The notes under the pieces: generated by a model
Told to the model about the DNA's origin: nothing
The model's input: the letters and a program-made list of their open reading frames with translations, nothing else
Databases searched by the model: none
In this document: positions 40,480 to 55,238 of the stretch, piece after piece
Layout: each line of letters opens with the position of its first letter
How positions within the stretch are numbered: position 1 is the stretch's first letter
NCBI GenBank assembly: GCA_051294375.1
Contig: CM119270.1
Location: 15,223,921 to 15,287,920, forward strand
Reading direction: 5' to 3'
Origin: Paraspadella gotoi
Taxonomy: Eukaryota; Animalia; Chaetognatha
DNA length: 64,000 bases
Translations under genes and position numbers: made by a program

Positions 40480-41157
40480 CCATCGGACTTTCCATATATC
40501 TTTTCCACTGATAACTCTGTCGATTTCACCAAAGATAACTAAAATTTTTGGCGAAATGTATCGTCAATATCTAAGTCGTTGGGACTTTTTACTTTTTGTG
40601 TTGCAATTATAGAATTGTTTTGCGATTGTATCAAAGTAACAAATATAATATTGTTTGTAAATATATGTAGTTATCGTCTTGGTCACCACTAAGGCTCTCA
40701 ACGATTTTGCTCTCCTCATCATATTTGACATTGTCTTGTGACATCTTTTGTCATCATCGTAGATTCGTCCTTGTCATCTTCATCAATATCGACGTTTTCG
40801 TCATTTTCGTCGTCGTTTTCGTCATCCTCATCGATATCTACGTCTTTGTCATCATCATCGACATGTCATCGTCATCGTTTTTGTCATTGTCTTCATCATC
40901 GTCGTCATCTACATCGATATCAACGTCTTTGTTTTTATCGTCGCCATGTCATCGTCAGCGTCGTCATCTTCTTCGATATCGACGTCATTGTCATTATAGT
41001 CGCCATGTCATCGTTTTCGTCATCGTCGTCGTCGTCATCGTCGTCGTCCACTCGGCTCGCCGAATCCAATTACACTCGTTACTCCGCGAGAGACGATTTT
41101 CTCCTTTGTCTTCGTTTATCTTTCGTCATCATCTCCATATTCCGACAACTCTCTCTC

Positions 41158-41256
<99 letters not shown>

Positions 41257-42617
41257 ATTGCCACGACCAAATACCACGTGCAATAGCTATATCGATCTTT
41301 CCCCACTGGTTTCTGCGTTTGATCGATAAATTTTATACGTCAATTGTAACAACGATCTTGTGCGCGTTCCTGATTGGACCAAAACTCAATAGGTAGCTTC
41401 AAATATGCTCTCCAATTGGTCGAATAAAATTAGAGAGATCGGACATCGTCAGACTTCAAAGATTAAAAAGGAGGACACTGAACCGGTTTGCATTTGGTCG
41501 CCATATTTTTTTTTGGTTCACAGAATTAAATTTCTTTTTTTTTCTTTATGAACATAACATTGGGTAAGAGACGGTGACTTCAATGTATAGAAATTGGAGG
41601 TTAAAAACTGCAAATGGCATGAGTATTAAGTATTAGTGAGTATGTTTTTCACACTACATAAGCTTGACTCAGCGCGCTTTCGCTCCAGACATTTATATGC
41701 TGATTTCACTGCCAAGAACGTGGTTCTCATTTTCCTAATCTAATATTTAATCATGAAAAAGAATGAAAACGTTATATTTGATAGTTTCTTATGAATTAGT
41801 TTATTAGTTTATGAGTCCATTTAAACGTTAGTGTCTGTTAGTGTTTGTTTCTGTTGAATTTTAATAGTTTAGTTTTTACTTGCTTACTGTTTTCTAGTTT
41901 TATACACTGATACTGTTTTTGATTTTGTCAATACTGTTTTTGGTATTAATAAAAAAAAAAAAAAAAAAAATAATTCGAATGAAACAAAAAAGTTATCTTT
42001 CTCTCTCTTAACTTTGATTCAAGAATGCTAGTATCTTCTTGGACTTACTCTTTCATCCGCCATTTTTTTTATTCACAATTATTCTCTGACGTTTTTACCA
42101 TATTTTTTTTTGCGAATCGAAGCTGACGTCACCGAAATTCGGTCCGTGAGGACTGTGATAGAAAGGGATGACGATGACGATGACGATGATTAGAATAAAA
42201 ATGATATAGGTGATGATGACAATGATAACGATGTTGACGAGGATTAGTATTTTGTGATGAAAGTGAAAATGATGACAACGGTGTTGAAGATGATATTCAG
42301 TTGTTAATGATGACGATAACGATCATGATGATGATAAATGTGATGCAGGTAAAATGATAAAACAAAGAAGTGATTTTATAGAGAGATGGAGTTGAAAATT
42401 TTATTTTATATCGAAGTTAGTTCGATGCTGAATATAAACTTTCATCTGCGGCGATTTTGAGTTATGATACATGTTGATGATGTTTAAAAATGAAGGAAGC
42501 AGCTTCGCGACTTTCGTTGTGAAAGGAACGAGGTTGATGAAGACGACTTTCATTATCTCAAAAATTCAATTTCCTTTTTTGGTTTTTTTTCTGGTGGGCG
42601 AATGAGTGAAAGACAGG

Positions 42618-42707
<90 letters not shown>

Positions 42708-43220
42708 GACATAAAACAACAAAAAGAAATACAGGACGAAGACGATACGGGGAGAATCCACGCTCGCGCTCTCTTTTCACTTTCACTCTCTCTCACTCTC
42801 TCTCTCCCTCTCGCGCTCGCCCGATGGAAACCATGGCGACGGCGAAAGCCAACATTTTGGATCAACAGATGTTGAGAGTCCGACGCTGGGACGTCGCGAG
42901 GCGCCTCCCAAATCCGCGTCGCGACGGTTGATTGGTTCCGCGCGGTGATTCGCGTCGCGACTCGGCGACGACGACGACGACGTCGCCTCGCGCGACTCTC
43001 AACATAACGAAGAAGCGCGATCGAGACTGACGGCATCCGACGAAGGAAAAGACTCGCGAGAGCGAGACGATTGGAGGAGTGGAGGAAAGAGAGGAAGAGA
43101 GAAGGGAGGAAGAGAGGGAGAGGAGGGGGGAGGAAGAATAAGGGGAGATAGAACGTAGGAGTTCGAAATGATTGTTTGGAAATGGAAAAAGAGGGAGGGA
43201 GGAAAGGAGGAAGGGAAGGA

Positions 43221-43296
<76 letters not shown>

Positions 43297-43974
43297 CCCT
43301 ATAATAAGAAGAGGATGGGAGGGGAAGAGAAGAGCGTGATGTCATTGCTCCGGAAATTGAGAATTCTGTCTCACCTGTTGAGAAAAAGAAAAGCAGGAAA
43401 GGAAAGAAAAAAGAAAGAAAAAAGGAAAGGAACAATAAAGGTAAGAAGAAAGATAAAATGAGGAAAGGGTTATATGTAGAATTATGGCAAGGATAGTCCT
43501 TTGTCATTTGTGGGGAGTCAAAAAGAAACTTTTGACAGATTAACAATGCAGGCAACGAGATATCGAGAATTGGAAGCCGCGTAGGATTCCGCACAACAAT
43601 AACAACAGCTGCAGCCACAAAAGAGAAAAGAGTTTCACCCCTTATTGGTGGACGGGAAGGAGAATTTTTGATTCACCAAAAAGAAAAAAAAAAGAAAAAA
43701 AAAGAAAAGAAAACAAGTGGAAAAAGTCAAAAGAAAGAAAGGAGGAAAGAAAATAAAAGAAAAAGAAAACAAAATGAAATGAGGAAAAACGGGGAAAAAA
43801 AAAGAAGAAAGCAAAAAGAGAGGAAAGGAAATAGAAGAGAAAGGAAATAGAAGAGAAAGGAAATAGAATAGAAAGGAACTCGCGCTCGTCGAAGAAACGT
43901 TTTCGTTTTTTCGAAAGAAGACGATGAAGGAAAAGGTGAAGAAATTGGAAGAATGGGGGATGGAAGAGGATGGT

Positions 43975-44140
43975 GAAAGATGGCTTCGGATTGGAGGAAG
44001 ATGGTTGAAGATGACTTCAGATTGGAGGAAGATGGTTGAAGATGGCTTCGGATTGGAGGAAGTTGGTGGAAGATGGCTTCGGATTGGAGGAAGATGGTAG
44101 AAGATGGCTTCGGATTGGAGGACGATGGTAGAAGATGGTA
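43975..44140. repeat. 31-bp minisatellite, about 5 copies
   Basis: GAAGATGGCTTCGGATTGGAGGAAGATGGTT with few substitutions. Confidence 0.9.
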
Positions 44141-44211
44141 GAGGAAGCTGTTTATTGCTTAGAGTAACCAGTAACGAGAGGATGGAGGTGGAGAAAGACA
44201 CGTTTGATGGC

Positions 44212-44401
44212 GAAGGAAGATCTCAATAGAGAAGGAAGATCTCAATAGAGAAGGAAGATCTCAATAGAGAAGGAAGATCTCAATAGAGAAGGAAGATCTC
44301 AATAGAGAAGGAAGATCTCAATAGAGAAGGAAGATCTCAATAGAGAAGGTAGATCTCAATAGAGAAGGTAGATCTCAATAGAGAAGGTAGATCTCAATAG
44401 A
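44212..44401. repeat. 19-bp minisatellite, 10 copies
   Basis: (GAAGGAAGATCTCAATAGA)x7 followed by (GAAGGTAGATCTCAATAGA)x3. Confidence 0.97.
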
Positions 44402-44880
44402 GAGGATATATTCAAGGTGTTGTTTTTGAGACAATGATGATATAAGAAGAATAAAGAAGAAACGAGTAAAAATGACAAAAAAAAGTGAGTGAAAGATTAT
44501 TAATGAATAAAAGAAAAAAAAAAAAACTTGATAGAGAATATGATGTGGGAGAAATGAGATAGACTATTTACGTATAAATAAACGCAAAGGTTAAAATATG
44601 GCGAAGGATCCGAAGATTAAGGAGCGAGCGTGTTATGCCTGCTATGGTGTCACAGGAGCGGTAGAGCGATTTCCTGATTCTAAAAAAAAGATTGTTTTTT
44701 TTTTCTCGCGAGGGAGAATCACCTCGTAAACACATATCATCGCAGAGGCTTCGCTTCTTTTTCCCCGAACGACTCTCACATTTTCCAGGTTTCTCTCACA
44801 TTCACGATGATGATCTTCTCACTCCGGTTCGATATCAGTTATGACTAAGACGCTCATGATCAAAGTTAAAACTTGTCCTT

Positions 44881-45976
44881 TAAAGCGTAGCAAAAAATAC
44901 TAAAATCAAGTTGAATCAAAATTCTAATAGTAGATCATGAACAAGCTTGTACCTGTGAACATTTTTAAATAAAAAACAAATATTTTTTTATTTTTCAATT
45001 TTCGCACACGCCCATATTTATACTTATACATTAGAGTGGAGCACTCAAGAACAAAATATTTATTTGAATGATCGAACAATGATATTTAGATGTGAGATAG
45101 TATGATTAACTAGTACAAAAAATATTTTGTTCATATTATCTCGGGAACAGATTAGTAAAATATAATATATTTGTAGTAATATCCTTATAAAATAGTAAAT
45201 TTTAAAAATAATTTTTATAAAACTTTTAATAAAGATTCAGATTCTTCAAAAAAAGTTGAATCAAAAATATAAAACATGTTATCAAAAATTCTGTCATCTT
45301 CAATGTTTAAAATAAGAAAAAAGGTGAAAATTCCTGACTTTTTTATTCTCTGTAGTAGAAACTTATATATGTTAAAACGTTTTAGTCATTTTTTGTGATC
45401 TAAACATTAAGATATCATATAACATATTTTATAAAAGTTTCTTAGTTTTTTACAGCGAATCCAAATCAGTTCTTAAAAATAAAAAAAAAAATTATTTTGA
45501 AACTTGACGATTTTATAAGGATATTACTACATAAATAATTGAATTTGCTATACTGTTATGCTAAAAAAAATTTTAAAAGGATTTAAAATTCATTAATTAT
45601 ATGTCCATAGGCAGCAAAAAAATAATGTTCAATCACTCAATCTTTTCATCACTCCACCCTATTATACATAGTACTCACCATTCAAAATGTTAAAATTTTA
45701 AAATGGTTTTTTCTTATTTTTGAAAGCAGATTCGAATTCCTCACGATAGGTTAATAAAAGGAAATATAACTCTTTTTAAAAAAATAATTCATTAAGTAGG
45801 TCAAAATCCTAAAAAACCGTTATAATTAACTAATAATTTAATTTTAGCATAAAAATATAGTTTTTTAATTTTTAGCAAACTTAATGAAATAATTTTTGGT
45901 ATATCAATGTTCATTAGTACAAGACTGTTCATGAACAACTATTCGAATTTTGATCTGCAACTTTCACTACGCCTTA
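44881..45976. mobile_element. Old non-autonomous DNA transposon (MITE-like), outer element
   Basis: Inverted termini TAAAGCGTAG (44881) and CTACGCCTTA (45976), plus an imperfect inverted repeat of about 55 bp (44908-44963 vs 45906-45963). AT-rich, no ORF. Confidence 0.6.
45032..45661. mobile_element. Palindromic foldback/MITE-like element nested in the outer element
   Basis: Ends TAGAGTGGAG and CTCCACCCTA. The arms pair imperfectly almost to the centre (~45330-45380), including an exact TGTAGTAATATCCTTATAAAAT and its reverse complement. Confidence 0.7.
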
Positions 45977-46235
45977 TTGTTCATTGAACTATCATGGTTA
46001 TCATCAGTATCAACAGTAATCACAACAGCAATAATAATTCATGTTTCTCTTCGATGACTAATGATTTAATTAATGAATTTTTAGTCAATGAAAAATCAAT
46101 GACATTTCCTTTGCTTCATCCATAAGGACAGTACTCTGATCTCACAACATCGACGCCACAGCATTAACGGCATGGCATTTATGGTGCGGCATTGACGACG
46201 CCTCATCCCCCATTTTGCGGTGTCGAATCTTGCGG

Positions 46236-46356
<121 letters not shown>

Positions 46357-46901
46357 CTTTCGTGAAAAATTGGGATGGCGTCGTTCGACTCACGTTTTTC
46401 TTTTCCCGACAAAATTCGAAAGGGTGACGACGAAATGAGGAGGACTTTTTCTGGAAATCGCGAGGCGTGATTTCAATGTGGATTATGAAGTGCGTGAACA
46501 CGTGACAATAAAGATATAAACGCTTAACGTGAACAGACGAAATTGACTGTTGTCTCGGGTTTTCTTTTGGTTCTAGTTCGTTTCATACTATATACTATTT
46601 TATATATATTTTTGATTTCATATGTGTCATGTTTCATGTACTTATCGTTTAATGTATTCCTAATCTATAATATATTATTATATATTATAATATATTCGTT
46701 GAAACTAAAAGTCGTTAAATATCCATGTAAGGTTTCATCCCGCGAATCACCACTGTGCCAACCATCTCTCTTCTCCCACAGTGAACTTCGTCATTTTCAA
46801 AGTTGCGATTCTCGTCACCTGCGTTCGATTTCTTCTTCAGCTTCTTTGATGTCGACACAATGGAAGACCCATAGAACTCGATCGGCAAAGACATTCTGGT
46901 G

Positions 46902-46962
<61 letters not shown>

Positions 46963-47433
46963 ATTTCCCTCTCGATAACCCATAAAAGTAGAAGAAGAAA
47001 AAAGTCATGTCTCATAGATCATGAGCCGAGTACCATGATGTATAATACTCAGGCAAAGCAATATGCAATCAACTGTTCACAACTTATCGTATATTATGAT
47101 AAATGTTTTAAGAAAGACCCGATTAAAAAGGAATTACTGCCGTATTATTAGACGCAAGGTTAAAATGTCAGCGATATGTAAAATGAATATATGTCGCAAG
47201 TACATTTAAAGAATGTCTATGATAAACAATGGGGGTATGTCACTTAGTGATAGGAAGCGTTAAGTGGCGAACGGGGAGTCGGGGCGGAAGCGATGCCTTT
47301 GATGATTTCGAAAGGTATTCAAAGGAGGATGAGGAGGAGGAGGAGGAGGAGGAGAAGGAGGAGGAGGAAGGAAAATATTTGATGATGTGGGAGGCGTCGC
47401 CCCGTCCCGAGGACTTCCTCCTGGATCGCTCAT

Positions 47434-47498
<65 letters not shown>

Positions 47499-47531
47499 GT
47501 CCTGATCACACCGCTTCACGGCTCTTTTCTC

Positions 47532-47690
47532 TGATTGGTCCAGACCGATCGCGAAGCGTCGCGACTTCCGATTGGTCGACGCCGGAATTTGACTTTGATT
47601 TCGACGCCGTCGATTGGTCGAAATCGCGGGACGCCGATAGTGCGCGATATATTCACGTGCATGATACCTTTTTCTCTCTCATTTGAATTT
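47532..47690 (+). promoter_or_regulatory. CpG-rich promoter-like island with three reverse CCAAT boxes
   Basis: GATTGGTC three times (ATTGG at 47534, 47571, 47613), TCGCGGGA at ~47624 and TTTGAA at 47682; flanked by CT/GA tracts. Confidence 0.35.
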
Positions 47691-47720
47691 TCTTTGATTC
47701 CATTCAAAAGCCGGAGAGAA

Positions 47721-47767
<47 letters not shown>

Positions 47768-50697
47768 TAGAGAGAGGGAGAGATAAAAGATTCCAACAAA
47801 AAAGGATCAGAACACTGAATTTTAGTGAAAGGGTAGAAGGCAGTTTTTTCCTTTTATTTTTATTTTAAATTTTAAAACGTGAGACTGAATAATGAAGGAG
47901 AGGAAAAAGAGAAGGAGAGCCTTACCTTTGTCACAATTGGGAGGTGAGGAGGTAGAGGTACAAAGAGTAACTTATAGTAACTTATAGTAACTTATAATAA
48001 CTTATAACCCTATCATCTATAATAGGCCCTTATAAAGTATTTGTAAAAGTTAATAAATTCCAACTAAATGACGTTATCTCAAAAGGCCTATTATTTTTAT
48101 ATCGTATTGTATAGGTAATACTTGACTCTCCTGTTTTCAACAGTAATATCACAGTTGGTGAAGGTCTGTGGCGATTCATTTCGCTTACTATCTGTTTTTT
48201 CCCACGAATACATCCAAGCCTGGGGTTGAAAAACTACAACGACTTCTCACGATAAGTCATACTGTAGCTAAAATATCTTCCCATTTTCACCGTCAAGCAA
48301 CAACAACAACGACGACAACAACAACAACGTTTCCTCCTTCCGACTCCCGCGTTTTTTCTCCTGTCGTAATTTCGCTTTGGAATTTTAAAAATTCCACCTT
48401 TTTAACTTTCTGCCTTCCACTTTCCGAATGCCGACTTTCGATTTTTTCTTTTCACGTTCCGACTTTCAACTTTCATACTCTTTTAAATTTAATTCTTTTT
48501 TTTTTATATCTCCTCCTTTATTCTGTTTCTCTCATCTTTTTTCATCTTTTAGATTCTTTTTGCACATTTTCAATAAATCTTTATTTTACGTGGGTTCTCA
48601 TCTTCCTAACACCTTCCTCTTACTACTGTTCTTTTTCCTCGATCGTCAGCACTGCCATCTTTTTCTCATTCTTGTATACGTTTTCTTTAATTCTTTTGTT
48701 CTACCTTCCTCGATCTTTTTCTTCCATTCCTCCCTCCCCCACTTTCCTCCTTTGCTCCTTCTCCCCCCCCCATTCTCATATTCCAATCGCGGATTCTCGT
48801 CATTCGCGATGCTCTTCTGTCAGCCTCTCCTCTCGTTCACCTTATCTCCGCCAGAGGCCTCCCCTCATTCCTCCGCTTCCTTCTCTCATCGTCGTTGTTG
48901 CCAGGCTGGGCGCTTCTCATTTATCAAAGAAGCAGACGACTCGTTTACACGAATTTCTTTCTTTTTGGTTTTTTTTTTTTTCGTAACAGAGCGATCGAGC
49001 AAATTCCTGTTCTACTTGCCAGTCAATCAATCAGAGAGAGATATGACGTAGAGCGATTGTCTAGAACGTTGGTCTTTTTTTGGGTACATTGACGAATCAG
49101 GTTTACTTCTCAGATCACCCTATCCCCTCGGCCCCACCCTCTCTCCCTCTCTCCCCTCCCTCTCTCATTTCCCCCAACATCGACGACAAAAGAGCAACTC
49201 ATTTCGCGCCGCCGTCGCCATCTTCCTTTTTTTTTCTCTCTCTCTTTTCCCCTTTTGTTGCAGCCGCTGTTCTTTTTATTGTTATTGCGGTTCTTCGCCG
49301 TCGCCGACGCTAGGGGAGAAAAAGGCGCTGCGATCGACGAAGCGATTAAGAGGACGTGTAGGGTGGAGGTGGGGCGGGGGCTGAGGGTAATGAGCGAAGG
49401 GGGTAGGATTGCGTGATTGGAAATGAAGACAGTACATTACTGACTTGATAGTAAAATTGACAATTGGGTTGTCCTTATGGATGAAACGGATGGCTTAGAA
49501 GTGGAAACCAGGGTATGACTGATGTTGCGAGCGCCTATGGTAGAAAGGAAAGAAGGAAAAAAAAAGAAAAAAAGAGTAAAGTAGGGTACAAGGAACAAAT
49601 CGGAGGAAGAAAAAGCAAAAAAAGAGAAAAATAAGTATAATGAGGGGGTGAAAAGGAAACAAAAGGAGAGCTAAAGAAAAAAATAAAAAAAGCATAACAA
49701 AAAAAAGAGAAGGAAACAAGTATAATAAAAGGAAGCAAAAGAAGGAAATAAAAAATAAAAAATAAAATGAAAAAGAGAGAATGGAAAGCCAAAGAAAGAA
49801 AAAAGCAAAAGAATTAAAAAAGGAAAAAGAAGGAAAGAAAAAAGGAGGAAATAAAAAATGGAAAGCAAAAGAAAAAAAAAGAAACCAAAGGGAAAAGAAG
49901 GAAATATAAAAGAAAAGAATAAAAAGCAAAAGAAAGAAAACGGCAATAGAAGGGAAAAAAAAAGGAGGAAATAAAAAAAAGAGAATGGAAAGCAAAAGAA
50001 AAAAAAGAAACCAAAAGAAAGAAAGGCAAAAGAAGGAAAGAAAAAAGGAGGAAAGAAAAGAGGAGGAAAGAGAAAAGGAGGAAAGAAATAAAGCGTCCGG
50101 TTTGCGGGTGATGGATCTAGCGACGGAGATCAGGTGGAATACTAATTGCCTTCGTTTTTGTTATTTTCTAATGTGAGGAGAAGAAATGACTTTTTTCTTC
50201 CGGAACGATTTTCCTTTTTTTTTTCTTTCAAAGATTATCTTCGCGACGACGATTTGTTTTTTGCGTGAGAGGATCGAGCGAGCGTCTGGAGGCCGTGAAT
50301 CGTGAATTGTTTCCAAGGTGCCGCTGGGTCGAACGGTGAAATGGTAAAGGTGCTTCGTTGCGGTTGTGAATCGTTTAAAAGGTGTCGCCGTTTATATCAT
50401 GTATAGCATATTTGTAATTTTTGTTTTGTCTAGCAAAATAAGTAGCAGAAGTAATTGTGCAAGATAATAGTTAAACTGGAATTGTGACTAAAGATCAAAT
50501 GTGAAGAAAATGATAAATATTCGAGAATCTTTTTCCTTTTTGTTCCCCTTTTTTTTTCAAAAGGATGTGTGACTCTGAGGAAAGATGAGGAAGAGAAAGG
50601 AAATTAAAAACGAGTCGAGGACGGAATTCGCCAAATGGAATTCACAAGATGGCGTCGCCCATTTTCTTCGACTGTAAATGGAGGAAGAATCTCCCAT

Positions 50698-50790
<93 letters not shown>

Positions 50791-51008
50791 CCCTCTCTTC
50801 TTCCTGTTTCGAAACTCGAGTAATTTTAACGTCATCGTCGCCGTCTCTCCCTCCTCACGCTCCTCATATGACGCTCCTCCTCTTCCTCCTTTCCCCTCCC
50901 CTTCCTCTTCCTCCTTCTTCTCCCCTTCCTCCTCACGGATCTGGATTTCGTTATGTGATGGAATCGCGAAACAAAATTTCTGGTGTCGCTTTTTATCGCA
51001 CGTGAGAG

Positions 51009-51048
<40 letters not shown>

Positions 51049-53379
51049 TTACAAGAACAATGGCAGCGATGAATCCGACGCTTGTGAAATAAAAAAAAAA
51101 GAGTCGCTGCTTGGTGAAATAAGGTATGGGGAGGGAAGCTGCGCCTGTGAAAGGAGAAGCTTGGTAAAATGACGAGGCATTGCATGAAAAAGAATTCTGA
51201 TTACATTGGTGTGGTGGCTTTAAACCTATAAATTTATCAGATTGGTAGCCTAAAGCATAAAATGCCTATACCTAATGCTTTGTGCCGAGTTGATAGACGC
51301 GGCAGATTTGGAGATCGACTGTGGATTTAAGATTTTTATTTTATTTTCTCATCACATCGACTTCTATGATCAGAGACGAGAAATTTGATGTCGTAAGAAA
51401 ATAACCTTAACTTTTATTTTTGAATGATTTGTCGTCTTTATCGATGCTCAATAATAATTAATAATTATTTTCTCTCTTCAAATCTTGGCTTTTTCATGCG
51501 TATCATTTCCCAATTCCCAAATAAAAGAATATAACTATTTAAGGTTAAATCGTTTATAATCACTAATTATTTTACAAGTCAATCCAAACCTTATTAACTA
51601 AAAAGTTAAGTATTACGTTAAAAATTCAAAATAGTCGAACGAAAATACAATTAGAAACATTCTTTGAAATATTATACCACTTCATTGATAGGGAAGCCAG
51701 GTATTCTGGGAGCGAATAAACGAGTCTTGATTATAAGCTTGCAGCGACCTGCTATGTCTATATCTTGAAAGAGTGATGGAGGCCTTAAACCATCAAAGTC
51801 TGTTCAAAGTCAGGGGCAAGATAGTATATTTATTAAATGAATGGATAATTTTTATATTGGTTGTACCAATTTCATAAATTTATAAAGTAAAATGGAAACA
51901 GAAAACTAAAAATGTCTGTGGCCTATCTTCATTTCCAAATCAAAGGGTAAAGTTAATTATGTTTGTCATAGTGGGAAAAAAAACATTATTTTATTCTATT
52001 TTATTCTAAAATATTATTTTTGACCTTTCTGGAATTACCGAGATGTCATTTTTAAGTTTAAAGGTTAACTTTGTTTAATGAACTTTCATTTTCTTTTCGC
52101 TGCCAAATGGTAGATGTCAGGAGAGGAGAAGTCATCAAAAAACAAAATGCATTATAAATTATTTCTCTTATTATTTCTATTTCAAAATACAAAATAGACA
52201 AAAATAATCTTCGAAAACTGTAAAACATTAAAGTAATAAGTATGTATGCAGGCACGAATAACAGAATTTCTTTAGATTTAAATTTTAAATTAAATTCTAG
52301 ATCATTTACTTATTGCTATGATAAAATATGTGTTTCACTGTAGAAAAATATTAATATGAATAAAAAATAAAAAATAAAAAAGAAAGATTATTATTTAAAA
52401 CTTATCATTATCTTCATAAAGATTTTTAGGCGTTTCTTATCAAAATAAACCAAATGACCAGAAAAAAAAATCAGTATCCATTGAATTTTTTTTCTTTTTC
52501 CTTTAGAAACATGAATTTTGAAAAATTGCGCTTTATCGATTGTGAATTTTACACACGAAAACTTACTTAATGTATATGATAAATACAAAATACCTATTAC
52601 TTTTGAAACCTTAGAAACTAAAAAAGTAAAGTAAAAAAGATTTAGAATCAGAGAAAAAGAACAAAGTAAAACAAAGGTGTCGCTACTCTCCTTCTTCAGA
52701 AGCAACGGACAATTTTGTCGAACAAAAAGCTACCCCGATTTCTAATATGACTTTGTTGTGAATTTAATAATTCTTTTTTAGAAAATAGAAAATATAAACT
52801 TCGCAGGTTTATAACTATTTTTAGCATTAGTATTATTATTGCTGTTATTAATAATGCATTCTTTACATATCAGCTTTTTATTTACATGTGAGTACCATTT
52901 CAGTCGTATTAAAAGGAATTTTTTTTACCCTTTTCTTTAACTAATTCATGATTTTATGACCCAGAGTAGGTTTCACTTCCCATTTACAGCGATTATCACC
53001 AAATTCCGCCATCGTTATTATTGCCAAATTTAGACAGAGAGAGAGAGAGAGAGAGAGAAATCCTGGCATGGTATTCTTTTTACGAGAAGAGAAAATAGCT
53101 CTTCACAACATTTGGCGAAAAATAGTTAAGGAGAACGAAACGGTTGTTTTAGCGCGAAAACTCGCATTATCTCCTCGATTTTGCGGCTCGAATGACGTTT
53201 TAAAATTGAAGCGGGTAAGGTTTCGAGGGGCAGGGGTTGGGTTAGGTTCGGGTTGGGGTGGCTTCTCGATCCCGCTCTTCAATGGGACCTCAATTGGCGA
53301 AGAGTCAATAACGCGGCCATTCGAAGCCTCATTCCCGAAACAAAAACGGGTTCAACCATTTGAGAACGATAATAAAAGT

Positions 53380-53471
<92 letters not shown>

Positions 53472-54512
53472 CTCAATATATCTATAAACCCTTGATATCT
53501 CTATCTCTAACTCTATTTGTCCACCGTGCACAACTGTGATGATTGCAAAACAAACAGTAAACACAGCAACAAACAACACATCGCAACGGACATCGGCCAC
53601 ATTTCCTCTTCAAAAGATTCCATCGGTTCCAACATCCAGCACTTGAGTTCGGAGCGCCTCATCATTGGCTCAATTTCGTCGCCGATGAATTCTATCGAGT
53701 TCCATCTCGGTTCCATCTCGGTTCCATCTCCTCTCCGTCCCCTTTCTATTTATGGTCATCATGGAAAAAAATTAGAAGGATTTCAAACTTGGATTGGCGT
53801 CTTCTTTTTTTTTTTTTCGTTAGGACTTTCTTCCTGCATTCTTTTTCCCATCATTTGACAAATCTCTCCTATTTTCTCCCCTCGGCTTCACTAACCTGAC
53901 AAAAACTTTCCATTACTTTTTTTCTCGAAGAGACCAAAGATATCAATGACGAAAATTTGTTTTTAATTTATTTACTTTTTATTCAAACTTTTTATTTTCT
54001 CAAGATTCACATCGACTTCAATGGAATTTTAATCTCACTTTCTTTCTCTCACTCATTTTTCTTTTCGCTAAATCTTTTCTTTGATTCTCTTTCTTATTCT
54101 TTTTTTCGCATCCCTCCCTTTTTTTCCTTTTTTTCATTTTCCTCTTCTCCCTCTTCTCTTTTCTCTTCCCCCTTCCCCCTTCCTACTTTCCCCTTGTTTT
54201 ATTTTTCTTCTTTTCTCTCTTCCTTCTTCCCCTTCTCTTTAGTAGTTTCCCTTATCTGCTAACTCTCCCCCGATTCTCCCTCCTCCTTTTCCCCCATTTC
54301 TTTTCTCTTCTTTTTTATCCTTCCTCTCTCCCTCTCTTTATTTTTCCCTTTCTCCTTCGTTCCCTCTTCCCCTTCTACTCCTCTTTCGGCTTTCCCCTCT
54401 TTTTTCCCTTTCCCTTCTAATCGAACCTCAAATATTTTTTTATTTAATCCTTTCTAATGAAATCGGAATGATCGAGTAATGGCGGGCGGAGAAGAATGAA
54501 TCGAATCGGAAT

Positions 54513-54603
<91 letters not shown>

Positions 54604-55149
54604 AAAGGGAATCATTTTCTCGTCGAGAAATAAAAAAAAAAAACCAAAAACTGACACCCATTTCTCCCCTATTCAAAAAATTCCGCGAAAAAAATATGAA
54701 AGAATGAAAACACATCTGCTTTCGTCGGTCAACCAAAGGATTTTTCCGCGATTTATAAAAAAAAAAAAAAAGAATTTTGAGAAGAAAGGAAATTTGCAAA
54801 AAACTGAGAGAAAGGGTTGGGTGGAGGATGGTGAAGGGAGAGAGGTAGGGGAGGGGAGGGTGGTAAGGGGTGGTAAGGGGGTAGGTGGGAAGAGGAGAAA
54901 TGGAGGCGGTATCCGCGGATTTTTCCCTCGAATTATTTTTTTGTTCAGTTTTGCCAATATTTGCAGAGTTTGGTCATCGGTCATCGATCCCTCCGCATTT
55001 CCCGGGAGATTTTCGCCACTGAGAAAAAAAAAGCGAATTTTTCAAAGCGAAAGAAAATCGGGTTTTAAAAACTCGCAACGGCAAAAATATAAAAAAAAAA
55101 GAAAATTCGGTTTTTGTGTTTTGTGGGGGAAGAGTAAGAGAGAGAAAGG

Positions 55150-55238
<89 letters not shown>

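Noticed and set aside
43975-44401. Short tandem arrays as CRISPR-like
   Set aside because: Head-to-tail repeats without unique spacers, in eukaryotic DNA with no cas genes.
53517-53720. HNCDDCK...H as an additional zinc finger
   Set aside because: Cys-His spacing is non-canonical, the hydrophobic core is absent and there are no splice sites.
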